A stretch of 64,000 nucleotides of DNA from NCBI GenBank assembly GCA_964270895.1, contig OZ185437.1; one strand, written 5' to 3'. The translations under genes were made by a program, and so were the position numbers. The stretch is from Podarcis filfolensis. Taxonomy: Eukaryota. Shown one piece after another: positions 21,577 to 35,722 of the stretch; the stretch's first letter is position 1; each line of letters opens with the position of its first letter. Under the pieces are notes generated by a model. The model made no database searches, was not told the origin of the DNA, and was given only the letters and a program-made list of their open reading frames with translations.

Positions 21577-24418
21577 CTATGAACAAAAACAAAAAATGAT
21601 AGGTTGCGTATGTTCACAATCTTCTAGAAAGTTACGTTGATATCTTCCTAGGGCAAATCACATATTTCATCCTTGACACACTATATTGACACATGAGATT
21701 AACTTTTCCTTTTTTCCATTTTATGAATATAAATTTTATTATCATAAGCACTAAATACAAAAATCCATTATTAAATTAATTTGTCTATACAGAAATGTTA
21801 TATAAATGTTGGATACTGTGCAAAGACATTCAACATTTTTCAATATAAGACAACCCAAGGTTTTATTTTAATTTATAAAATAATCATAGTTCTAAAAAGA
21901 GATTATTTTAGCCAGCCAAATTTAATGTGCAACTAGACCTCAAATATATTTAAATCTATGTCTGCTTCAATAAACTATATGCATTTGTTGCCTCCTGCAT
22001 CCTTACATTCCAATACAGTATGATATAAACAAGCCTCACATTTCAATGAATCATCTTGCTGTCAGCCTTCCCTAATCCTTATTATATTTGTAAGGTTGTG
22101 CATTTGAACCATATCTCAGAACTTGGTTAGCCAATTTTCTTTTTCTGGAGGATCTTATTCTTGCCCCACTCCACATGCTTGACATCTAGGGATGATCCAT
22201 ACCTTACATTTAATGCACATCCAACAGCACATAACTTCACCCAAAGAAACATAGAAACTGCAATTTGTTAAGGATTCTGGGAATTGTACTCCTGTGAGAT
22301 GGGAACTACAGTTCCCAGGACTTTTGGGGGGAAAGTCATGTGCTTTAAAGTCAGGGTGACATAAGAAGGTGAAGGATAATTTATTCATCTTCCTGTAACG
22401 CGACTTCCTTGATGTATCCAAACAATATTACTGCATTAGAGGATCTTGATGCAGTTCGTATTCCACCGTTTTGCTTATTTCCATTAATATTTGGTGCCAA
22501 TATGATCTGCTCTATGAAGATGACCAGAGAATATGGAAAATTTGATAGACTGACACCTCCAGCATAAGCTACTAACATTGGGGTATGTTCTATTTAATCT
22601 TTTTTGAGGGGGAATCTCACTCCCAAAATTTTTTTTAACTTGCAGTGTGAAACTTAGATGATTGGCCTGCAGAACAGGGAAAAGTAAAGTATCAGAGGCA
22701 GGAGGTTGTAAAATTACACACAACCCCTGGGTAATGCTCATGGAACAAAGGATAAACATCTGCTAGAGTCAAGTTCTCATAGCCTTTACTCAGTGTTTGA
22801 ATCCTGCAGGGATGGGAGACAGGTGAAGCTATCGTTTTCCAATTCCCTCCACCCCAGTCACTGTTTTTAGAAGGCTACAGGAGCATTTTTTTCTTGCTAA
22901 AATGGATGGGTTTTAACAAGGGTCTTAAATAGAGGGTCTTGTTAAGAGCTCCCTGCCTTTCTCCCTATAATTTGAGCTCTGCAGAACATGAGACAATAAC
23001 ATTGTGAGTGAACTCATAGTAACACTTTAGTAGCAACAACAACAGCAGTGCTCAAAATAATTCTTCAGACATTTTAAGCCACATTTTAAAACAATTTGAT
23101 TATCTTCCAGGTAGACTAGAACACCAAATGGCACAGGTTTTTCTCAGGTCAATCTCCATGGTTCAGGTGCAGACTAACAATGTCATAAGACCCTGGCCAA
23201 TAGGAGGCGTTCTCTGTTTCCACACAAGCCAAATGCATTTCAGAATGTGTCACAAAATGCAAGACAGCTTTTAACTGTTCCACTGAAAGGCACTTTCAAA
23301 ACACCAAAAGAACAATGTACCAACAATATGAAGATGACGGTGTGGGTGCACTGACCAAAAAAATGTGTCTGCAGAAGACAGTGAATGCACTTTATGGCCA
23401 TGTGTGCATACACACTCAGTGTTGTTGAAAGTGGTGTACTCAGAGTGGTGCAACATCCCATCCAGTACATTACCCTGACAATACTGAACCCACCTATTTG
23501 TGACACAGTGGCTGAAGTAGGCTCTGTCGAGCCAGGTGCTGCCATCAAAATCTAGTTAACTCAAGGGACTCCCTGGAGTCAAAGATGCACAGTGCATTCT
23601 GGGGAAATATATGACCTAGAGAGACACTTCAGGTCATTTGATGTACTCTGACAGTTGCCGACTTCTTTCAGGTCGGGCCCCTTCCAACAGAGGATCTTCT
23701 AAATTAGCACACTTGTGGGGGGCAAAGCAAGCAAAGTAAGCTTTTAAACATGTAAAATCCAGGCTTAATGAATGAAAAATGATGCATCATGTTAGCAGAC
23801 TCATTTGCTAATCTCTCCTCTTGTCTCTGCCAATTCAGGTGCACTTTGCATTGTCTTATGTAAGCACACATACACACTAAAAAAACACACTAACAAAGGA
23901 AATTCATTATCAAAATAGCTTTTGGTAATAACAGAAAGCAACTAAAAGCAGGCGAAGGCTAGTCTATATTCTTTTCTTAGGGAATTTGATGAGCTAATGC
24001 GTGAAATTTGGCTAGCAAAATAGACTCAGAAAGCAGACAAGTGTTGGGGCATGAACTTTTAACATACCCCCCCTTAGAATTAACTGTGCAGAATGTTATA
24101 ATAATCACAAAAGAAGATTTTTTAAAATGTTAAAGTCACTTTGTTATGCAAAACTAACGAAGCATTATTATCCCTCATCAAGAAACACATACTGAAACAT
24201 GCTTACAACATGCTATTTCTGCAACTTATGAGAATTGTTTTATTATTTCTGCTTTAAGTTCTGTGACATGCTTTTATATCATCTCATTTTTGTAAACCAC
24301 CCCATGTCTATTTTTGGTGGAGGGCAATATAGAAATCTCTTAATAATAAAAAATTCACAGATACACACATAGTTAGTCTGCACACATCTCTCTATGCTGT
24401 AGAGCCTATAGCCTATAG

Positions 24419-24551
24419 TGGTGGCCAAACTTGGCCCTTCAGCTGTTTTTGGACTACAACTCCCATCATCCCTAGCTAACAGGACCAGTCATCAAGGATG
24501 ATGGGAATTGTAGTCCCAAAACAGCTGGAGGGCCAAGTTTGGCCACCACTG
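24419..24551. mobile_element. Palindromic hAT MITE
   Basis: TGGTGGCCAAACTTGGCCC...GGGCCAAGTTTGGCCACCACTG, almost fully self-complementary, flanked by GCCTATAG on both sides. Related degenerate copies lie near 15770, 18604, 33870-34050 and 41245. Confidence 0.8.
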
Positions 24552-25914
24552 GCCTATAGGATTGTAAGGCTCTGAAAGCCAAGCATCATTCAATGCCAAT
24601 TCCTTTACTGAACCAGGCTCTTCATTGCCAAACATCTGTAACTCTTCAACCCATCTAATCCAGATTAATAGTGTACCATAAAAAGAAAGCAAAAAGGTTC
24701 AAAGTGTAATGTGCCAACCGATACCTTGGAGGTGAAGGGAGGTCAGTAGAACAAATATAGATGACTCAAGCAAGTGAACTAAGCTGCAGGGGAACTGAAA
24801 ACCTTCCAAATGCAGCAGTAAAAAACAAGCATTGCCTCTTGACTTCTGATACCCTTGGACAGGATACCCACTTGGACAGCCCACTGGCAGCAAAAAAATG
24901 TCCTTTACAGCATGTAACAACAAGCTGTTTTTTAAATTTCCCACAATGCCCAGGAGCAAATGTTACATTGGTTGCTCTCGGGCATCGTGGGACATTTAAA
25001 ACCATGACTCATAGTTGACTGCCATTGCCACCAGCAGGTCAGCTGTGGCTGGAAGAGGTGGGGGACCCATGTAATAATAATTAAATGTAGGAGGGGTTTC
25101 ATAGAAAGCACTTTCCTAAGGGTTCTCAAACCTGGAACTGATCCTGGATTGTCCATATTGACACCATTATTGGGTGGGATTCAATCACAGATCGGCAAAT
25201 TCAGGTTGCACTCTTGTGCAACAAACACAACCTGCCCCTCAGCAGATTTTTTTGCAATAAGGAAAGTGACAGGAAAATGTGCTGGAAAGTGTGGTAGAAC
25301 ATTTGCTTCATGCAAACAAATCAGAATGAATGCTTAATACACAGGCAACATCTAACCTCTCTGAAAATTTGTGGGAACAAATCAGGATAAATGCTCAATC
25401 AACGGAAACCCTGGAACAAAACCCTGAGTGCAAATGTAGCAACTCAGAACAGACAAGCAAAGCTATGCACCTAGTGAGCTGTCATAGTATCTAAATACTC
25501 TGTTCTTACATTTGTAGAGGAATTAATAATTTTACTACCTGGTTGTTTACAGTGTGAGGGGAAGGAACCAGTGCAGTCATGTTAAAATGGAATTCTAAAC
25601 TGCTTCCTCATACATTTTTCCTTCATTTAGCTCTCCCTGCTATTCTCTGCACTAGAAAGAAACTGAATTCTTTGATCATTCTACATTTCTTAGACGATAA
25701 AATGCAATCAGACAATTCCCAGGAACAAAACTGAAGGAGAAAACAAAAACACGAAGACAATGCCTCAGTAGTTAGAAGTCTGTGTGCAAGATGTTTCACT
25801 TCAGATTGGAGATGGAGGCCCACATACTTAACACTTCTCCAGATAAACAAATTACAATAAAATTGTCATTGCACACAGAAATCCTGCGCCTCAATGTCAC
25901 ATCTGCCCTATCCA

Positions 25915-26160
25915 TTTAAAGCAGTATCATGCCACATTAAATACGGTAGTCACTGCTTCCCCCAAAGAATCCTGGGGTGTGTAGTTTGTTAAGGGTGTTG
26001 AGAGTTGATAGGAGACCTTCACAGAGCTACAAGAGTTCCCTGGGAATAGGATTGGATTGTTAGTCTACCCAGGGAATTTGTTACAAAGTGAAGAAGTTCC
26101 TAGTTTTCATCAGGGTTGTAGTGCACAGAGAGGGGAGTTGTAACCAGTTCCTACGAAGCT
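25915..26160. repeat. Abundant palindromic lacertid repeat (AAGAATCCTGGGAACTGTAGTTTGTTAAGGGTG family)
   Basis: The same motif recurs near 11390-11500, 15110-15270, 22260-22355 and 26600-26750. Probably a MITE; superfamily not determined. Confidence 0.65.
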
Positions 26161-28255
26161 ATGATCCTGTTTAGAATTCCTCCCCCTGCCCCAGCCCCAG
26201 TGTGCAGGAGGTTGGGCGGCCAATTAGCTTTAGAAAAAGTGTCAAAGAGGGGCTTAGCAGCGGCTTAACACCTGCCAATGGTGCCTGTAGAACCTGTGAC
26301 CAAGCTGAATGCAATTCTGCAGTCAGATTTTGGCCTGCCAGGTGCCTTAAAAACTACCTTTCACGGGCTTCCCCTCCCCTGCACATCCCAGTATCCCTGC
26401 TATTATAATAGCTCTGCACCCGCATGTCTGAGTGGTGTTGGAGGGTTAGTGCTCCCATCTCTTATCCGAGTCTATTCCCACTCCTCACTCATCCTGACTA
26501 GCAAATTAAATTTTTGTCTGTTTTCCACTCAGCCACTAATATAAATTATTCCCAGAAAGGGAAATCTGGATCAGAGTCTGGGTGTGGGGTCACATCTACA
26601 CCACACATTGAAAGCACATTTAAAACATAATGCTTCTCCCAATTTATCTTGAGAACTGTAGTTTACCCCTAACAAGGCTACAGTTCCCAGCACCTGTAAC
26701 AAACTACAGTTCCCAGGATCCTTTGAGAGGAAGCCATGTATGGCATGGATATGACCAAAGAGTTAGGAGGTTTGCTGTGAGCTCTAGCCCTGATCCAAAT
26801 ACCCACAAAGTTTGTTTGATTTGTCCAAAGAAACAGGTGGTCAGGAGTTCCAGCCATGAAACTCCCATGTCCTATCTAGTATAGCTTTCATACTCGTTCT
26901 TCAGGAGGCACAATAGTGTGCTCTGCAGAAAGCAGTAGCATAAAAACCCTCCCTGAGTTTCTTAGACATAGTAAGCCTTGCTCTGTTATGCCTGAAAGGG
27001 GAATGCAAACACAAGTATGGGGCATGGCAGGGGGGTGCACATACTAGCCCTGTCCCCAACATGCTTCCCCCATGCATGTTGCGTGTAAAGGTATGAAGGG
27101 TATTTTTCATGCGTGTTCACGTGAACATGCTTTGAAGTCTCTGTGTGGTTAGGACCCCTGTTCAATATGGGAAGGTCAGGGGTGGGGGAGCAGACAGGAA
27201 CATTGGGGGCAGGGGCTACTTGTGTTTATATGCACAGTTCAGGCATAGAGTATGACATAATGTTGTGAGCTAGCTTTTTAGTTATTATGGGGTTTGCATC
27301 TTGTATTTTGCTCATCTGACAAGAGGGTAGATTGTGACTTATTTAAACAAAGACTGACCATGTGAACTCATCAAGGATTAGTGGAGCCTAGAGAAGGGAT
27401 GTACTGAAAGAAGCATTTCTTAACTGTTCTTGATTTCTCCTCACATAACAGTAAAATCAGGTTGCACAATTAAGAAATTGGACTCTCTCTTTTTGTAAGG
27501 AAAGTGACAGGAGGGTGCACTGGAGACTGTAGGATAACAATTCATTGATGTGACATCATATAATAGCGTCTTTGCAAATTAATCAGAATGAATGCTGAAT
27601 GAATTCATTCCAGAATGAATGTTGGTGTGTATAACCTCCCTGCAAACTTTGTGCAAAGTAATCAAGATGAATGCTTAATGAACAAGTTGCCTGGAAGCAG
27701 CCAAAGAAAGTAAATAGAAGTAAATAGGATACTAGTTTAGCACCTCAAGTCTAGGGATCAACTTAAGTTGTAGTGATGCAGTACTTGTGCCCAGTGGCTG
27801 CGAGGCCAGGTCTATCTGGTAAGATGTGCGGGAGCATTAGACCTGGTGTCTGGGAGAAGTAAGGCCAGATCTATCCATTAATCTTGAGCTATTGCAGATG
27901 ACATGGAAAAGGTTGACATGCCAGAAGCAAAAGGCAAACCAGATTGGTACAATGTACCATATTTGCATGTACAGCTATCCCACCAAGGACTGAGGGGTCA
28001 GTTGCTGTGCCCAGCCTTTGGTTTGTTCTCTAGAGCCATTATGAAGCAACAGTCTGCCCCCATGCACTTGGCAGAACACCACTATGTTGAGCTGTTGCTC
28101 AATACATTACTTATGAAACAGGACCATTGCAATATTGAAACAAGTGGCATCATATTGCATGTTCCAACATGGGGAACCTGAGGGGACTTCTAGATGGGGC
28201 AAGGTTACTATTGTAAAAGGATAGTTCTGCTATTGCAAACTGCTAGTTGGTAACA

Positions 28256-28257
28256 TT

Positions 28258-28315
<58 letters not shown>
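28256..28315. repeat. (TTTC)15 microsatellite
   Basis: Direct reading. Confidence 0.95.
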
Positions 28316-28316
<1 letters not shown>

Positions 28317-28473
28317 ACAGTTTTGGGGTTTTCCTGGAATGGGCAAATCTGATAAGGGTTGGGGGGGGAGAGATATGGGATGCCATTTTGATGCCAGAAA
28401 CGTCATGTAGATGCTGTAAAAAAAATATGCATGTGCGAGGTGTGCCTACCCCACAATAAACACCCATCTGGAA

Positions 28474-29081
28474 CATAGCTGTCAAGTGTCCCTTATTTGA
28501 AGGGACAGTCCCTTATTCCAGCGCCATGTCCTGCTGCTGTCCCTTATTGATGGATGTCCCTTAAATGTCCCTTAAATGATGTCCCTTAAATTTCAAAGGA
28601 AGCAGCTCCTCTCTCTCCCTCCCTGCTGGCCAGGGAGGAGGGAGGCTCCAGCTGTGTTGCTTGGCTGTGTTGCTCACCCAATAAGAAGTCTAAGAACGAC
28701 TGGGGGAGTGGAGCTTGCATGCCTTGTGTGGGGCTTGTTAATGCAAGCTGAGGGGGTTTTTGAATGCTGGATGCCATTTTGTTGCATGTGCTGCTGCAAA
28801 CTTTGCAGTGCAAAGCCAGGCTGCGGAGCCATCTTAAGTTGAGGCTGCATAGGCCTTGTGGTGCATGTGATTCAGATTCTATTCAGTTGAACCTCTGGTT
28901 ACAAAGTTGGTTGGACAGTGTTCTCGAAGCTACCCAGCATGAGTTTGACCAGACTGCAGGAGGACAGGAAGACTGGAGTGCCTGGAACAGGTGAGGCTGC
29001 AGGTCCTTTATTTTGGCTGCTAGTCCCTTATTTTCAAGGCTGCTGGTCCCTTATTTTCAAATCTGTAAGTTGACAGCTATG
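28474..29081. mobile_element. Non-autonomous hAT element, 608 bp
   Basis: 12-bp TIR CATAGCTGTCAA/TTGACAGCTATG, perfect 8-bp TSD ATCTGGAA, and subterminal GTCCCTTA repeats at both ends. Confidence 0.88.
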
Positions 29082-30230
29082 ATCTGGAAGCACCCTCAAT
29101 CGTAGGTATTTCAACCAATTAGAGAAAAACTTAGGTTTTTGTTCATGGTCCAGTTGCAGGAAAGGTAAAGGGGATCAGGTGTTTTTTTTGTTGGTTTTTT
29201 TTTACAAGTGAATAGACAGCTTTACTGCTGGGCTTTGTTCATACATGTGGGGGAAAAACACTTCCACATTAGGTTATCCTCCCCAAAACCCAACCCACCA
29301 AAAACTGTTGGATTCCCTCTCCCCAAATTTCATCTGCATTCTGCCCAATGCTGGGCATGGGCATAGCCAAGTAAATAAAATAAAGTAAATAAAAATACTT
29401 AAATAACTGACCAGTTGCATTGCGGACAGCTTAGTTGTGCCCTCCTCCCAACATAAGGCCTGTCCCCCGTAACATAAACCCTGGCCTCAGGGCGCATTCG
29501 ACTTTGAGAATTTTTGGTTTTAAGCACTGGCAATACTAGGACTGAAAAGGTCTAAAGAGGTGATGAGAAGGAAAAGAAATGTCCACAACTCCAGGATTCT
29601 GTGTTACAAGTGATAGTTACTTAATAAAGTGGAAGTTACAAGCACTTTAAGAAACAATCGTTCTTAAATCCTGGTGCAATCATCACTTCCCTATCAGGGA
29701 GAACATATTTTTTCAGTCTTCCAAAAGTGTAACTATGGTACAAATAGAACGTGAAGGTATTATTTTACTTTAATTAAATCACTACCTTAAAAGAAGTTAT
29801 TGAATAATTTCCCCACTGTTAATCAGAAATAATATTAGGGTTGCTCTTGAGGCCTTTTCTGAATTAGCAAAGGATAGCTGCACATGAAAAGGGAACTGAA
29901 ATTCTGAGGTGTGCTTCACTTTTGCACAAGGAACTGCACAATCTCTTGCAAGTTCTTTACAGTGACTCCAGTACTGCTGCCAAGCTTCTTTCTTCTGGAT
30001 CCTATCCTGTGAGCCTAACTTTCAGTTTTGCACACCACAATGAAAGGGTGTTGCAAAAGGTGCTTGATGAGCGAATAACTTCAAATAGCTCAGTCAAGCA
30101 ATGCAAGATGTACAGCAGAGGAAGGCAAAAAGTAAGCAACACAATATTGACAACTATCTTTCTGAATGACATAAAACTTTCCTCCCCCACCCACCCCAGT
30201 TCTGATAAAAGTTGATAAAAAAATCCAATC

Positions 30231-30256
30231 AGAGAGAGAGAGAGAGAGAGAGAGAG
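30231..30256. repeat. (AG)13 microsatellite
   Basis: Direct reading. Confidence 0.95.
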
Positions 30257-33200
30257 AATGTTGGCAGGAGGAAAGACAGATGGACAGGTCCTCTCACTAG
30301 AGATGGAGAGATGCATTAGGGTGAATTCAAGAAGCGGGAAGATGGTGACAGTGGAAAGATGCTTAGGTTGTGCAAGTGGTAGAAAGAAGAAATTATCATC
30401 AGCATCTTTGATTTCTCAGGGCAGTTTACATAGATGATAGTTAAAAACACAAAACAACAGGTACATTTAGAAAAAGACTGAAACCCTAACAAGAGGACAT
30501 TCATGGTAAAGACCCACTTGTCCAGCTGTGAAAGCCTGTTGGAACAAAAATGTCTTCACTTGTTTACAGAAAGTGCAGGAAGTGAGTGGTGGTAGCTTGT
30601 TGTATCTCAGCAGGAATGTCACCAAGTAGAAAATGTGGTACATAGGCTAGAGCAAGGATGGCAAAGCTGTGCCCTTCAGTTGTTATTGGGCTGCAGCTTC
30701 CATCATTCCTAACCATTTGCCATTCTGAGTGGGGCTGGTGGGAGTTCAAGTCCAACAATAATGTGTTGAAGGCTGCAGGTTTCCATTTCTGGGCTGGAGG
30801 AACAAGTAGTTTACCAAGTGCCGTCACAGAGAAAAAATCACAAGGGGAAGAAGGAGTTAATAATAAACTCAACCTACAAAAAGTAAAAGGAAATGGATAT
30901 CACTTCTCCAGTCTTTCGTAGTGTATATTTCTATTATCTTCTTGGCACCTGTTGAAGACCTTCCTTTCCCAACAATACTTTTAAGTGAAGATCATTTAAA
31001 ATAAAAAATAAAAATCCCGGTCTGTATCTGTGTTGGACTTGAAATTATTTTAAAGAAATACGTTTATTGCACATATTTTTACTGTTGAATTGCTTTGGGG
31101 TAATTCTATGAGAACCAACTCAGAAGGGAAATAATAACTATCAGCAGTAGAGCAAAGAGCTAAGGACAGGGAAGATTAGTAGGTGTGACTGCTGTTAGAA
31201 ATGATGCAGTAGGAAAATGCAGAGCAGAAAAAAAGGAAGACGATAAAACGAGAGGTAAAAATAGATTAAATCTGGGTCACAGTGGGATTCTAGTTGGCAG
31301 CACAGGAACTAAGTGGGACTGCTCTGTGGCAGTGGGAGTCCCCCCTCCCCCCCCACTTCACCTTCCTCCCCTTTGGCAGGCTTTCCAGCCTGTGCATGTA
31401 AAAGAATTCATTTCAGAACCCCTCTAGCCCTTCTTTAAGGCAAATCCCCATCCTTATTCCTATCCTAGCTTGAGCCAAGATTGTACGCAGGAAGTTGCAA
31501 TGGTGGAAAATTTTCATGATCACTGCAAAGCAGCCTCCGTTCCAGTTACACCTTAGTTGTCACCCATTAACTGTTCTGCCTCACCCAGTCATTTATATAA
31601 GATGTCCACCTGTGGGTGCAGTAAAAGAAGAAAACCCAGTCAAAAGGAGGCTCTGCTCCTGTTTGGAAATTCAGGAAGCTCTATTAGAAAAATAACTGGG
31701 TTGCCTCCAGAGCGTCAGTACTTTTTGCAATTCAAATTGCAAAAAGAAGGAATTCAACTGTATACCACAAGGTTAGATTTGAGCAAATAAAGTGGATCAG
31801 GGTGTTCTGGCACAACAAATCCATCTTTATTTAAAGGACTTTTTGCAGTTAGGCAAGTGACAAGGAAATGCAAAGTGTGGGATAGAAGACTGATCAACAG
31901 GGAGCCATATAACCATAGTGGCAAGCAAATCAGAATGAATGCTCGTTGGCATATAGCCTCCCCACAAATCAGAACAAATGCTCGATAAGGACTGTACATG
32001 GTATAACTTCCATGTAAGCTTTGTGCAAGCAGATCAGGATGTGCAAGCTCAATAAACATGTCATCTGGAGGAACTAAGGATCAGAAAATGTTTTGATCTC
32101 TCATTGGCTGTGATAGCTGGGGTTGGTGGGTATTGGAGTCCAACAAGAACTGGAAGGGTAGAGGTTCCTCCCTCCTGAGACAGACAGTGGTGTGTGGGAC
32201 ACAATTTACAGAGCAGAAAAGGTGTTTGGGCAGAGGGTGCTGAACCACTTTGTGCCCCAACACAACCTGTCTTCTGATGTCACTTTTCCATCAGCCAGGC
32301 ATGGATAATGATACTGAACCTACTTGAGAGACAACACTGTTATTTAAGTGAGAAAAAATTATATTTACTTAAGCCAAGGGTCATTAGCCTTTGTAGTAAC
32401 TTGGTTTAGTTATTTCACCACATCTATACCATTTGTACCAACTTTATCCAAGGCCAAAAAAACCCTATACCTGGGAGTAAGTCCCATTGAACTTGGGGGA
32501 AGGGGGAGTTGCTTCTGAGAAGGCAGTGCACACACAAGGAAAATAAGATATTTAAGGCCCTAGATATAATCATTGCCTTATTTCTCAGTGCTGGGAACAT
32601 ACAAACTCCAACAAAATTGGGACAGGGCAGATTAGATTCCCATAGGAGCACAGGCAGAAGGATCAACTTCAAGACTGAGCCCACAGTGGAGTCTGGAAGA
32701 AGCAGACTCCTGATTACTAGCAGTAATCCTGAGCAAGCAGCAAGAGCAAGAGACTGACAAGCAAAGGCAGTGTAATTCAAAAGGTCAATAATAGTAATCA
32801 GGAAGTAATGGTGACCAGAGATATATATATTTCAGGACCCTGGACAGGACCCCGAGATAAGATAACTCCAACAAGTGCTGTGCAGGAACTGAGCTGTTCT
32901 ATTGGCCCTGACTACCCTTCCCAGGACTCCTACAGCTTCAGCCCTCTGTCCTGGAGTCTGATACACTGCCGTCTCTCCATTCTTTTTAATTGAGCACACT
33001 ACCTTTTGTGGTGAACGTTCTCAGTGGCATTTGAGGCCCTTAAAGGCAATGATTCTGGCTTCACGATGGGGTCCAGCTTGGAAGCTGCAGTGACTGGTGG
33101 TCCTAGCTCAGGGGTCTCCAGTCCAAGCATGTCTGATTCTGAAGGTCTCTGCTTACTGGACTTGGTCTAGCACCTGTGGGTTGTGCTACTGCCTCTTCTG

Positions 33201-35529
33201 ACCCTCCTGATTCATCCCCCCTCAAAATCAGTGTCCACGTTGGTGCTGGCCATCTAGATGATGATGGCAGGCACCTCTGCACACTCAGGAACCTTGCCTT
33301 TGCATGTTTCCTTACTGCATGGTGAGCTTCCTACTCATTTACACTTGTAGGCATACACTTGTTTCAGATGTTGAAACAAATAGCCATAAGTCAGAGACAG
33401 CCTGTTGCTGAGGTGCTTCCCTACCCCTACTTAAAGGCCAACCTTATCCCACTGATGGCTTTATATTGGTTTTAGTTGTTATCTCTATGCTGGATTTTCC
33501 ATGTATTTTTTTTTTGTTTTTTTTTCTGGAATGGGCTGAAACATCTGGCAGGTACCAGGTTGGCAAAAGCTGTAAATAATAGTTGAATAGTTTTGGCGTC
33601 TTCTCATGGGAACACTAGCTAGAATGGGACAATTTAAGTACATCAAATTAGAATTAACTGAAGAAAAGCATCCTTATGGTGGGGCTGTCCATGGAACTCA
33701 TGTTTTTTCTAGAAACCAGAGGCAAAGTTGAAAAGAACTGCAAAAATAAAAATCTTTTGGGGCAAAATTATGTTGGGTGGTGATGTTTTTTAAAATGTCA
33801 CTATCAGAAAAGAAAAGGGCAAGGCCACAGTCACGATACATTGTTGTCAGTAAAATTTGTTTCAAACACAATATTGAAAGGAAACCAAAAGCAAAATTAG
33901 GAAGTATTGTACAAGCAGCTCCCATTTTGTGCACGTTCAATGTATCTACAATTGTGCATGTGCGCACAGTGTTTGGCACCAGAAATGGGGAAGGGCGGGA
34001 CAGGCTTATGCGCAATAACACTTGGAGGGCCACAGGTTTCCCATCCCTGCCCTAAGAAAATAAAAGTAGCTTTATTATATTAGGAATTGGAAAGTAGGCA
34101 CCCTGTCTCCACCCATTACCTGATCCAGTGTGAACAATCCCTTTTCCAGGGTCTGCGAGAACTTTCCAAAAGCAATGTCCTGATTTCAGTACATCAGGTA
34201 TCAGTATCAGCACCACATTGGGTCCTGGCCCCCCACCGCCGCCCACTCCAACAGAACATTCCCATTTCATGAAGGAATGCTTTTTATCAGTAAAAACAGC
34301 CTCCCTGTTGGAAGCCAAATCCTGATCTACCCTTAGTCTTCATGCATCATATTACGATGTACATATTTGGTTGATGATTTACAAATCTAGGCTTCCTAAT
34401 TTTCTTTTGATGGGCCAGGCATATTTAGCAAGTCCCATGCATGAGGTGTGGGTGTGAAACAAGTCTGCTAGAATTGTTTTAACCAGTACTTTATTCTGTG
34501 GAATATATAAGATTCTCATCTCTCTGTTTTTCTTATTTGTTTTCTTGCTCTGGACTGTTACTAGACAACCTATCTGTAATTTTTGATGTGCTCTTAGGTC
34601 CAGTTTGCCCAGTCTCCTGCAGAGCACGGGAGAAAGTACAAGCTGTCCCCTCCTGTGTCTAGTTTCTCTGCCCAGACTATATCAGGTGCATGTCATTCCA
34701 ATATGCAACCAGTTAATAGAATCTTTCAGAACTCCTGGAATAAACACAGGGCACCTGATGAGTCCTTTATGTCTTGCCAATTGGCTGTTGGGCCAACAAT
34801 TACTGCTTTCTTTCACAGACTTCTGTAGCTTTCCATTTCTTTTCTGTGCTCCCACATGCCATGGAAAACAATTTGAAATGGAAATTAGCGTGATTGAGAT
34901 CGATGTCAGCTGCAGCATACACAAAAGTATGATTATTGGAAAGCATGAACCGGATCAGGCAATTTAAGCATCAATATATCTTCCAACATTTCAGAGGAGA
35001 ACATAAGGACAGCGATTTATGTCCTTGAAGGCCTGTCCTAGGCCAGGTGGTGGTGGTGTATGTGTTTGAAAAGCAAATATTAAGCAAATAACCACTAAAT
35101 TATAACACACACCCTTTTCACATCATAGATCACTGCCTGACAGTGCAATATTAAACCTGCCTACCCAGAAGTAAGTCCTGTTGAATTCAATGAGGCTACT
35201 TCCAGGTAAGCAGCATTAGAACTGCACCCTAAGTGTCTTTGCCACACACGTTTCTGAAGGTTTGGCTCCACTCGCTTACATTAATCTATTTGGCAGTAAA
35301 TATTAGCAAAGGTCACTTTTCTTTAGTATCTGTGGCAATTTATCAATTTAATCATTCAGCTGTGAATTTTATCTCCTTTACCTATTTAGATACCAGCCCT
35401 GAAAGCATTTCATAGGCTTGGATCCGAATATAATTTATGGGAGTTCATAGAAGAATAGTTATTCCCCTGTGTAGGCCCCTGAAAAGCCTCTTCGGAGTGT
35501 CAGGGGTCCTTCCACTGCGAGATGATGGC

Positions 35530-35722
35530 TATGGCCTGCCCCCAAAGCCAGAGGTGTTACTGCTTCTGAATACCAGTTGCTAGAAGCCGCAGAAGGTGAG
35601 ACTGCTCTCCTGCTCAGACCTTGCTTGCCAGTTTCCCACAGGCGTCTGGTTGGCCATTGTGACAACAGGATGCTGGACTAGATGGGCCATTGGCCTGAAA
35701 CAGCAGGCTCTTCTTGTGTGAT
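35530..35722 (+). mobile_element. CR1-type 3' UTR fragment
   Basis: Contains GGATGCTGGACTAGATGGGCCATTGGCCTGA...CAGCAGGCTCTTCTT. Confidence 0.7.
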
